A stretch of 64,000 nt of DNA from an uncultured virus (IMG/VR IMGVR_UViG_3300028552_000008) (taxonomy: Duplodnaviria > Heunggongvirae > Uroviricota > Caudoviricetes): the IMG/VR virus record IMGVR_UViG_3300028552_000008; one strand, 5' to 3'. The translations under genes and the position numbers were made by a program. Below the pieces are notes generated by a model. It was not told where the DNA came from. It saw only the letters and a list, made by a program, of their open reading frames with translations, and did not search any database. Each line of letters opens with the position of its first letter. The first letter of the stretch is position 1. Shown one piece after another: positions 9,922 to 18,584 of this stretch.

Positions 9922-10145
9922 AAATTCGTGTAGGTACTGACGGTGTTATTTCTGCTGTCTATTCTGATAAGTTAATGAACATGAATCTGGGTAAATTGAA
10001 AGTTACCAGAGCTAGTAATGTTGAGTTTAATGAAACTAGTCAGGAATGGGAAGCTAGAACACCTGAAAATGAGTTGATTGCTCATGGACCTAACCGGGAT
10101 GCAGTGATTAAAGAAGAAGTTAGAGTCATTGAATCTAGGTTGTAA
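9918..10145 (+). CDS. small protein associated with the AAA+/DUF1257/DUF2997 module
   Basis: DGxIxxVYSD...RASNVEF...W...R..A...E pattern; translationally coupled. Confidence 0.65.
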   Translation: MKIRVGTDGVISAVYSDKLMNMNLGKLKVTRASNVEFNETSQEWEARTPENELIAHGPNRDAVIKEEVRVIESRL

Positions 10146-10151
10146 GTAGTA

Positions 10152-10186
10152 GAGGGAGGTAGGCATTTATTTTGTCTACCTCCCTC
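10152..10186 (+). terminator. stem-loop ending the AAA+ module
   Basis: GAGGGAGGTAGGCA / TGTCTACCTCCCTC. Confidence 0.6.
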
Positions 10187-10199
10187 AATTTATATTCTT

Positions 10200-10646
10200 A
10201 TGAAAATAACTAAAAGAGGTAATAGATGGTATGACGAAAATAATAATAGTTGGATAACTGAAGAATCAGCTACTCTATACTCACCTACCCTAACTAATTG
10301 TATATGGTGTAGAGATTGTAGTGATTGTATTAATTGTAGTTATTGTAGTCATTGTATTAGTTGTATTAGTTGTAGTGATTGTAGTTATTGTAGTGGTTGT
10401 AGTAATTGTAGTAGTTGTAATAATTGTAGTCGCTGTATTAATTGTAGTAGTTGTAGTTATTGTGTTGATTGTAATGATTGTAGAGATTGTATTAGTTGTA
10501 GGTATTGTAGAGATTGTAGTTACTGTGAATCAATTTATGATCTGAGTAATAAGATAAGTTTTGCAGCCCAATTTAAGGATAGACAAGAACCAACTATTAG
10601 GGTGGAAATAGATATTAATGATAGAAAACTGGAACCAGATTTGTAG
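10200..10646 (+). CDS. (Cxx)n cysteine-repeat family protein with C-terminal tag
   Basis: RWYDENNNSW head, Cxx repeats, ends DRKLEPDL. Confidence 0.8.
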   Translation: MKITKRGNRWYDENNNSWITEESATLYSPTLTNCIWCRDCSDCINCSYCSHCISCISCSDCSYCSGCSNCSSCNNCSRCINCSSCSYCVDCNDCRDCISCRYCRDCSYCESIYDLSNKISFAAQFKDRQEPTIRVEIDINDRKLEPDL

Positions 10647-10661
10647 TATAGTTCTTTATTT

Positions 10662-11795
10662 ATGAGTGAAAAAATAGTATTTAATTTAAACAAACCCAGC
10701 CCAACTTTTATAGCTAGTGCAGATATTCATTTAGGTAAGAAATTGTATAATTTCCCTGAACTTGAAGAAGATTTACGAGATAATTTTGTGAGACTAGTAG
10801 AATTAGCTATTGAAAAAGATGTACGGTATTTAATTATTGCTGGTGATCTATTTGAGGATAATAATTATACCAAACCACATACTATAGCCTTCATAGCTAA
10901 ATTAGTGGCAAAATTAGCCTTACATGACATTAAACTGATAGGAATTGCAGGAGATCATGATAAGCCCTTAAAAGGTGAAGCCTGGATAAGAATTAGTGAT
11001 ATTCTACCAGTTACTATAGAACCATCTTTTACTGGATTGGACTATTTTGATTACTCTTATGTAACTGTCGATGAATTAGTTACAGCTCTTACAGGAGATA
11101 AAAATCCTGAAAATATTAAGTGGATTTTCCTACATTGTCAATTTCCACAGTTATTCAAGATGGCAGAACCCAAGAAACTAATAGATTTCAATAAACTTGA
11201 GTTATTTAAGAATTTCCCTAATTTACAAGGTATAATAGCTGGAGACATTCATTCCGGTCCTGAAACCAAGGCTTATGGTGTTAATAGAGAGGCTTATGTA
11301 GGTTATACTGGTAGTTTGGGTATAACGGATATAGCTGAGTCTAGAACTGTAAAGTCAGTGTTATATTGTGATGGAAAGAATCTAATTAGACTTCCATTCC
11401 AGCAAAGAAGAGCCTGGAAAGAAATTAATTTTCAAGGAGAGGCAGCTGTAAATTTTGATGTTTCAGCTGAGTTAGAATGGATAAATAAAGAAAAATTTAA
11501 ACCAGTTTTGAAAATAAACTGGGACAATAATAGTGACCCTTATATAAATAAATTAACAGCCTTATATGAAGCGGCATTGGTTAAATTACAACAACATCCA
11601 ATTGGTTCGTTAACAAATGATGAATGTGAAGAAGTACTGACTAGTCGATCAGATATTACTACTGACGTTAAAATTGAAAAAGCTCTACATTCTTGCTGTG
11701 ATGGGGATGAGGATTTATATACCTTATCTTTATCTTTGTTAAATAATGATGTCAAAGACACATTAGACCAATTTAAAGCCAAATATGAATTATGA
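10662..11795 (+). CDS. SbcD/Mre11-like metallophosphoesterase nuclease
   Basis: ADIHLG, AGDLFE, GDHD, GDIH, YTGS motifs; near an SbcC-like gene. Confidence 0.85.
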   Translation: MSEKIVFNLNKPSPTFIASADIHLGKKLYNFPELEEDLRDNFVRLVELAIEKDVRYLIIAGDLFEDNNYTKPHTIAFIAKLVAKLALHDIKLIGIAGDHDKPLKGEAWIRISDILPVTIEPSFTGLDYFDYSYVTVDELVTALTGDKNPENIKWIFLHCQFPQLFKMAEPKKLIDFNKLELFKNFPNLQGIIAGDIHSGPETKAYGVNREAYVGYTGSLGITDIAESRTVKSVLYCDGKNLIRLPFQQRRAWKEINFQGEAAVNFDVSAELEWINKEKFKPVLKINWDNNSDPYINKLTALYEAALVKLQQHPIGSLTNDECEEVLTSRSDITTDVKIEKALHSCCDGDEDLYTLSLSLLNNDVKDTLDQFKAKYEL

Positions 11796-12292
11796 GCAGG
11801 CCGGGTTATTGGAAAACAAAAGATGCTGGTGAAATACCTTATAGTATAATGGAAAATAGCCACGTTAAACATGCATTACGGTACTTACGCAAGACTATAT
11901 TAGCTACAGATACTAAGCCGAATTATAGAGTATATTGTGAAGGTAAGTTAATAGAGTTAGGAGAAGAAGCACAAAGAAGAGGTATAATTACTTCAGAAGA
12001 TATAACTACTGATGCATTAATGGCTCAGATAGAGGTGTGGCAAACTGAATGGGATAGTAGACGAACTGTGATGCCAGTTATACAAAGTTCAATTCATACT
12101 CCATCTAATATTGATTTAAGTAATATATTTAATACAATACCAACTCCTATTAGTATATATAAACCACGCATTTCAGTTATTATAGATGTGGATAAAGAGT
12201 TAAGTAGAGTGACTGGTTTAAGAATATACAACCCTAATAAAGAATATGATGAGGGAATGTTCATTAATAGGAGATTGGATATGGAACTATGA
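11792..12292 (+). CDS. hypothetical protein with C-terminal tag
   Basis: WKTKDAGEIPYSIMENSH N-terminus; ends NRRLDMEL. Confidence 0.7.
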   Translation: MSRPGYWKTKDAGEIPYSIMENSHVKHALRYLRKTILATDTKPNYRVYCEGKLIELGEEAQRRGIITSEDITTDALMAQIEVWQTEWDSRRTVMPVIQSSIHTPSNIDLSNIFNTIPTPISIYKPRISVIIDVDKELSRVTGLRIYNPNKEYDEGMFINRRLDMEL

Positions 12293-12455
12293 ACACAGAT
12301 GATTATGATTTAATAGAACGGATTATTGTAGTAGGTGATCGACTAGTTAATTATATTGATTATCCTCCAGATAAATATGAAGCTAAAGCATTGGAAGATT
12401 GGAAAGAAGCTACTAGAATATTTAGATCAATTATAGAAGAAAATAAAAGAAATCT

Positions 12456-12851
12456 ATGACAATAACAAAAAGAGATAATAGATGGTATGATGAAAACAAT
12501 AATAGTTGGAATACTGAAGAAGCAGCTACTATCTATTCACCTACTCTAACTAATTGTAGTAATTGTAGTGATTGTATAGGTTGTAGTGATTGTACTGATT
12601 GTAGTTATTGTAGAGATTGTAGCTATTGTAATAATTGTAGTGATTGTAGTAGTTGTAGAGATTGTATTTATTGTAGTAGTTGTATTAATTGTAGTAGTTG
12701 TAGAGATTGTAGTAATTGTAGAAGTTGTATTGATTGTAGTAGTTGTAGTAGTTGTAGTTATCATGGTGATTGGATTGATGATAAGAAATATATACCAGAA
12801 GTTAGACCGTTTATAGATTGTAGAGATAGACTATTAGACCCTTATTTATGA
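12456..12851 (+). CDS. (Cxx)n cysteine-repeat family protein with C-terminal tag
   Basis: Family head and repeats; ends DRLLDPYL. Confidence 0.8.
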   Translation: MTITKRDNRWYDENNNSWNTEEAATIYSPTLTNCSNCSDCIGCSDCTDCSYCRDCSYCNNCSDCSSCRDCIYCSSCINCSSCRDCSNCRSCIDCSSCSSCSYHGDWIDDKKYIPEVRPFIDCRDRLLDPYL

Positions 12852-12861
12852 ATATACAATA

Positions 12862-14922
12862 ATGCAATTATTAGAATTAACATTACATAATTATAAGCTG
12901 CATAGAAACAAAACTTTAGCTTTTGAATCTGGTGTAGTAGGAATAGTGGGAGGTAATGCTAGTGGTAAATCTAGTATTATAAGTGCCATTTGTTTCTTAT
13001 TTACTGGGGAAATTGATACACCAAAGAAATCAGATTGTATTACATTAGGAGAAACTGAAGGTTGGGTTAAGGGTAAGTTCTTATTAAATGGAAAGGAAGG
13101 TACACTAGAAAGACATTTAACCGGCTCTAAAGTTATATTAACTTATGATGATGTTGTTTATAATAAGACTACTGAAGTTAATCAGCTTTGGAATGACTTG
13201 TTACAAATAGACAGCACTATCTTTAATAATGTTATAGTAGCTAAACAAGGTGAAATTCAAAGTTTATTCAGTGATGAAACCGTGGTCAGAGAAAAAATAT
13301 TTCAAAAAATATTCATGGTTCCTAATACTGATAAAATAAGAAACACAGTTTGGGATAACTATATAAAAGTATGCCCACCAGAGAAATTAGAGGAAGACGT
13401 TCAGTTACTTATTGTAGATCAGACTAACGTAGCTATCGAACGTAATAAAGCATTGGCCAAAATAGAAGAATATACTATTGAATTAGTAGATGAACATACT
13501 TTAAAGTGTTTCCAGGATAGGATTAATTTTCTTGAAAAGTGTATTACAGACCTGGATAAAAGGCCGGAATTAGAAAATCAGAAAAACTTATATGAAGTAG
13601 AAGTAAGTCAATTACATCAAATTATTATCGATCTTCAAGGTAGTTTAGAAAATTACCAGTCTAGCCTGGAATTACTCAATAAACTTAATGAATTTGTTGA
13701 AACTAGATCAGTATTTAACAGGAGTCAATCTATAATATCTGAACTGGATGCTATAACTAAAAATATAGATTTAAATTTGTTGGCAGAGAAAAGGAGTGAG
13801 CTTATAGTTGCTGAAGATAGGAAAACTAGTAATTATGATTATCTACTCGAATGTAATGCTGATTTAAAAGAAGTTTTGAAACAGAAAAACAGTTTATTAC
13901 AATTAAAGGGTCATGCTAATTGTCCTACTTGTTATCAAGCATTATCGGATGTTCAACCTTTGTTAATTAATCTACAAGTTACTGAAGATGAATTGACTAG
14001 AAAAATTAATAAAGCTAATACAAGTTATCAAGTAGATTTAAAAGATGTTCAAAGATTGAATATTGAATTGTCTAAATATGATTCTTTGTTATCTAGAAAA
14101 GGTTATCTAGAACAAGAGCTGGCCAGGACTAAAAAAGTTACTTATTCTGTACAAGAACATACTAATACTCAAACTTTATTAGATGGTAGGCATGATATAG
14201 AAGGTGAATTGACCAAAGCTAATAATAGGTTAATCGAACTTGATGCTGAAATAAGAGTAATTAATGAAAAGTTAAACAATCTGGCTATTTATGATGGAGA
14301 GAAATCAATAGAAGAGGAATTAGCTATATTACAACAAGTTATAGAGAATAATAATACTACTAAAGATAATATAGCTAATCTACAGTTAATTAGTGGTAAA
14401 TTAGAACATGAGCTGACTTTGTTAGAATCTAGAATAGTTCTTAGCCAGAATAATCATACTTATAATATTAGGAGGAAAACCTACTTAGATAAGTTGAATG
14501 CTGTTTATGATATGTTTGCAGTTCATAAGTTTCCAAGAAAACTGATTGAAACTTATATGGATAATGTACAAAGCTATATCTCTAACTATCTGGATTACTT
14601 TGATCTACCTTATACTATAGTAGTAAAAGACGGGTTTAGGATTAGGCTATGTGATAGTGCTAAGAGAGTACTACCCACTGTTTCAGGTGGACAAGAGGTA
14701 ATGATTGGGTTAAGTTTGAGACTGGCTTTGCATCGAATGTTTGCCAAAGCGTTCCCTATTCTAATAATAGATGAAGGAACAAATCATTTGAGTGAAGTGA
14801 ATAGGCAAAATTATTTTAATTTGATTAATGAACTTAGAAAACAAAAGGTTATCAATCAAATTATAGTAATAGATCATGATGTTGGTTTGAGCACAGTAGT
14901 TGACCAATTAATGGAATTATGA
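12862..14922 (+). CDS. SbcC/Rad50-like SMC ATPase
   Basis: GGNASGKSS Walker A, coiled coil with CPTC zinc hook, VSGGQ signature, IIDEG Walker B, IDHD. Confidence 0.9.
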   Translation: MQLLELTLHNYKLHRNKTLAFESGVVGIVGGNASGKSSIISAICFLFTGEIDTPKKSDCITLGETEGWVKGKFLLNGKEGTLERHLTGSKVILTYDDVVYNKTTEVNQLWNDLLQIDSTIFNNVIVAKQGEIQSLFSDETVVREKIFQKIFMVPNTDKIRNTVWDNYIKVCPPEKLEEDVQLLIVDQTNVAIERNKALAKIEEYTIELVDEHTLKCFQDRINFLEKCITDLDKRPELENQKNLYEVEVSQLHQIIIDLQGSLENYQSSLELLNKLNEFVETRSVFNRSQSIISELDAITKNIDLNLLAEKRSELIVAEDRKTSNYDYLLECNADLKEVLKQKNSLLQLKGHANCPTCYQALSDVQPLLINLQVTEDELTRKINKANTSYQVDLKDVQRLNIELSKYDSLLSRKGYLEQELARTKKVTYSVQEHTNTQTLLDGRHDIEGELTKANNRLIELDAEIRVINEKLNNLAIYDGEKSIEEELAILQQVIENNNTTKDNIANLQLISGKLEHELTLLESRIVLSQNNHTYNIRRKTYLDKLNAVYDMFAVHKFPRKLIETYMDNVQSYISNYLDYFDLPYTIVVKDGFRIRLCDSAKRVLPTVSGGQEVMIGLSLRLALHRMFAKAFPILIIDEGTNHLSEVNRQNYFNLINELRKQKVINQIIVIDHDVGLSTVVDQLMEL

Positions 14923-14938
14923 ATAAAGTGAAAGAATT

Positions 14939-15289
14939 ATGAAGAAACCAAAACCAATAACTGTAAGTCAGTTAGATTGGAGTGAGTGTATAGAATATTT
15001 GGAGAAGAAGTATGATTTTGAATCCCGTAATTATGCCAAGTCTAGTTATAGTACGTTCAATACAAAACCTTATCTAGATTTCTGGCATTATATATGTGAT
15101 TCTCAAAATCCTTCTAATGGAGGTACTATTTATTTTGATAAAGATAGTTTGGATATATGTAAGTTTAATCATGAAGACAAAGACTTGCCTAAAGAGTTTA
15201 GAGGCTGGCGAGAGAAGATAATTGGGTATATCCTCAACGAATTCGGGGAAGGGAAAAACAAACAATGTGAATTCAAAACTGAATGGTAA
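14939..15289 (+). CDS. hypothetical phage protein
   Basis: PYLDFWH motif; 116 aa. Confidence 0.65.
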   Translation: MKKPKPITVSQLDWSECIEYLEKKYDFESRNYAKSSYSTFNTKPYLDFWHYICDSQNPSNGGTIYFDKDSLDICKFNHEDKDLPKEFRGWREKIIGYILNEFGEGKNKQCEFKTEW

Positions 15290-15296
15290 ATTAATT

Positions 15297-15524
15297 ATGA
15301 AAATAACAACTAATATATATGGCGTTTTCTTTAAAGGAAACAATGGTAAATGGTCTAAGAACCCGGTTTACGAAGAACTAGTAAATGACAGGGAAATTGC
15401 TTCTAGTAGTGGGCTTGAAGAAACAGCCTCACCTAGAAAGCATAGAATAGCTTATAATAAAGCCTCAGCTAGAAATCTACATAAGAAAACCAAGCTTATG
15501 CGGATGGTTTGGGAAGAAGTTTGA
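15297..15524 (+). CDS. hypothetical protein
   Basis: Start reassigned to ATG 15297 to avoid overlap. Confidence 0.55.
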   Translation: MKITTNIYGVFFKGNNGKWSKNPVYEELVNDREIASSSGLEETASPRKHRIAYNKASARNLHKKTKLMRMVWEEV

Positions 15525-15634
15525 TTATATGTTTTTATCTGGAATAATTGTAGGATTCCTGGTTAGACATATTCTATGGTATTCTGATAAGAGAAAAACG
15601 TTAGTCAATCTGTTTAAACATAATAAAGATAAAG

Positions 15635-17101
15635 ATGAACATTAATATAACTAGAGTTGATGGAGCTATTTTAATAGACCCAGCACCTAGTTATATAACA
15701 TCTTATCTACAATATTCACACAGGAGCTTTGGTTTACAAGGCTATAAGAGAGTTAACAAATTCGAAAAGAAAGAATTGTACACCGCAGCTCCTGAAAGTG
15801 GTATTATCTCCTTTGCTGGGTTTTTTGACAAAGTTTCTAAGTTAATTGAATCAGAGAATGATACTCTGGTAGTAGATGATTGTAGAACATTTGTTAAAGA
15901 ACCCAACTTAGCAGCAGTAAGAGATATTAACTGGGATGGTATAGACAGTACTGGCTTAAGAGACTATCAGATTCCTTTGTTAGTTGAGTTTTTGTATAAA
16001 GCTTGGGCAGGTAACGGTATTTGTTGTGCAGCTGGTGGTGCTGGTAAAACTATATTAATGGCTTGTACTTATGCTGCTTTTCAAGAAATAGGTCCAACTA
16101 TTATAGCTATGCCGTTAAAAACTATATTTGATACAACTTATCTTAAATTTACTAAGCTATTTCCTAACAAGCATATAGGTAGAGTAGGTGGTGGTTTTAA
16201 TGATATTTCAAATGATATTACTATAACTACATATAAATCATTAAAAAATGCTTCATTAGAGAAGTGTAAGTTATTGATAATGGATGAGATACAGAGTACT
16301 ACTGGTGAGACAACGGTATCTACATTAAGTAGTATTACCCCAGTCAGAATGTTAGGGTTTACAGCTACAGATAAAAACTTGTTTAATGGCGCTGATAAAC
16401 TGTTAAAAGGTTTATTTGGTGAAAGATTAATATATTTCCCTTACGCTGATGCTGAAGCTGCCGGTGCTGTAGTTCCTTGTAATGTATATATGGTTAGAGT
16501 TCCAGATTCTGCTAGATTTAGTGGAGATAGTATGGATGCTAAGCTGATTAGAGGTATAAAAAAGAATGAGGTTAGGAATAAGTTGATAGGTGAAATTTGT
16601 AGTTCCATTCCTAACAATTGGCAGAGTTTGACGTTTGTAGATCATATTGCTGACCATCTAATTCCATTATACAATTTCATGCCTTCTGGTACTAATTATG
16701 TACATAGGGGTCAGGGTAAGGAATTTGGAGCCTTTTCTTTAAATGTAAAGACTCAAGATAAAAATTTGAATGACTTTAGAGAAGGAAAATATCAACACCT
16801 AATTGCGACAGATGCTTTGAAAGCTGGTTGTGATTTGCCTGAAATTAGAGTAGTAATTCAAGCTAGTGGTGGAACTAGTGAAGTAGAAATATTACAGGAA
16901 GCTTATAGAGGGGCAAGAACAGCTCCAGATAAAGAAGGTTTTTTCTTAATAGACTTTCTAGATAACCACAATGAAACGCTTGAAAATATGGCCATGAAAA
17001 GAATGGCTATCTATGAAAAACAAGGTTGGAAAGTTAAGATAGTAAATACTCCTAAAGAAATAGATTGGAGTTGGAATAAAGAAGAATTAAAAGAATTATG
17101 A
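15635..17101 (+). CDS. superfamily 2 DNA helicase (UvsW-like)
   Basis: LRDYQ, GGAGKT, MDEIQ, GFTAT, AGCDLPEI, QEAYRGAR. Confidence 0.88.
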   Translation: MNINITRVDGAILIDPAPSYITSYLQYSHRSFGLQGYKRVNKFEKKELYTAAPESGIISFAGFFDKVSKLIESENDTLVVDDCRTFVKEPNLAAVRDINWDGIDSTGLRDYQIPLLVEFLYKAWAGNGICCAAGGAGKTILMACTYAAFQEIGPTIIAMPLKTIFDTTYLKFTKLFPNKHIGRVGGGFNDISNDITITTYKSLKNASLEKCKLLIMDEIQSTTGETTVSTLSSITPVRMLGFTATDKNLFNGADKLLKGLFGERLIYFPYADAEAAGAVVPCNVYMVRVPDSARFSGDSMDAKLIRGIKKNEVRNKLIGEICSSIPNNWQSLTFVDHIADHLIPLYNFMPSGTNYVHRGQGKEFGAFSLNVKTQDKNLNDFREGKYQHLIATDALKAGCDLPEIRVVIQASGGTSEVEILQEAYRGARTAPDKEGFFLIDFLDNHNETLENMAMKRMAIYEKQGWKVKIVNTPKEIDWSWNKEELKEL

Positions 17102-17104
17102 TAA

Positions 17105-18037
17105 ATGAACACAATATTGGAACAACAACTTAAGCTTAAATATAATAAGGTTAAAGTTAGTGGAGATTGGTTTTATATCCCTTGTCCTACCTGTGCACCT
17201 CATAATAAGAATAAAATGAAAAGATATGTGCCAGCAAATGGATATAATAGTGGTTGTTTCATTTGCGGAATTAAACAGGATGTAGCAACTCTGGTAGATG
17301 GTTACTATATACCTTCTAATCTAGTAATTGAAGAAAAGGAAGAAGTAAGAGAAATAAACCAACTATCTCTGGTTCTTCCATATAATCATGCTATTCCAGT
17401 CAATCAATTAGCAGAAGATCATCCAGCAATTCAATTCTTGTATAAAGATGAATTGAGAGACCTGGATACTTATGCTAATGAATACAAGATAGTGTTTGTG
17501 CCGTTTGAAGGTGGTAGGAACTTTCATAATGGTAGAACATATATTACTAGTGCTGAGAGACTTATATTCCCGGTATACTTTAATAATAGTCTGGTAGGTT
17601 GGCAAATGAGAAGTATTCCTGGTACTATATATGGTGATTTGCAAAATGTTGTAAAGTACTACCATCTATTTCATAAAGGTGATTACTTATATAACTATGA
17701 CAATGCTAAAAAGTTTAAGCAAGTAATTGTAGTTGAAGGGGTTAAGAAAGCTTTAAAATTCCCTAATAGTGTGGCTACTTGGGGTTGTTGTATATCCAAG
17801 AATCAATTAAAGTTGATACAAACCTGGCCGGAAGTAGTTATGTTATTAGATTCAGATAAGAATAATGACAATACGCAAAAGATGGCTAATAAGTTTGTTG
17901 ATAACATTAATTTAGGTGGGAGTTCCAAGGCCATAAATATAGATTTAGCAAAATACGATGCTTCTTCACCAGATGACTTACCTAAGGATATCTTGCAAGA
18001 AATAGTTGATAATGAATGGAGGATAAATGTACATTGA
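17105..18037 (+). CDS. DNA primase (zinc finger plus TOPRIM)
   Basis: CPTC/CFIC, RLIFP..GWQMR, VVEG, LDSD, PDDL. Confidence 0.8.
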   Translation: MNTILEQQLKLKYNKVKVSGDWFYIPCPTCAPHNKNKMKRYVPANGYNSGCFICGIKQDVATLVDGYYIPSNLVIEEKEEVREINQLSLVLPYNHAIPVNQLAEDHPAIQFLYKDELRDLDTYANEYKIVFVPFEGGRNFHNGRTYITSAERLIFPVYFNNSLVGWQMRSIPGTIYGDLQNVVKYYHLFHKGDYLYNYDNAKKFKQVIVVEGVKKALKFPNSVATWGCCISKNQLKLIQTWPEVVMLLDSDKNNDNTQKMANKFVDNINLGGSSKAINIDLAKYDASSPDDLPKDILQEIVDNEWRINVH

Positions 18038-18584
18038 AAATTCGAATACTGCTTTAATAGAGGAATTTTGCTATGAATTTGCTAAACAATGTAATTATGT
18101 GCTTACTAAGAGTTTAAAAAGCCAGTTATATAATCCAGTTAGTAAAGCATTGGCTATTAGTAGAGAGTTAGAGGTAGAGCCAAAAGTCTATGTAGCAGCT
18201 CATGTCTATTTCTCTCCTTTATTAAAAGGTTATACTAAACTGACTCCAAATCAGCTGTATACTAGAGATTCCAAGACTTATGTTGAAGAATATCTTAAAT
18301 TTGACAGACATATAGATAGAGAGTTTGAGACTCAATGTAGAATATTGGCTGAATGCCTGGATAATGGCTGGAAAGAAAGATTAGCTTTATTAAATTCTAC
18401 TTTAGACTTTTTACCCTGGTTTAGAGTATTAATATCTACGGAAAGAGATGAAGAAATTATTAGAGTATATAGTGATGTAGCTACTAATATGTTAAGAAAT
18501 GATAAACCTCTGCTAAACTATCTTAAGACAATTAAATCAGATAGTGGTCAGGGATTGGATTTTTCAAGGTTACCTAGATTATGA
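18027..18584 (+). CDS. hypothetical protein in the replication cluster
   Basis: 185-aa ORF coupled between primase and helicase. Confidence 0.7.
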   Translation: MYIENSNTALIEEFCYEFAKQCNYVLTKSLKSQLYNPVSKALAISRELEVEPKVYVAAHVYFSPLLKGYTKLTPNQLYTRDSKTYVEEYLKFDRHIDREFETQCRILAECLDNGWKERLALLNSTLDFLPWFRVLISTERDEEIIRVYSDVATNMLRNDKPLLNYLKTIKSDSGQGLDFSRLPRL

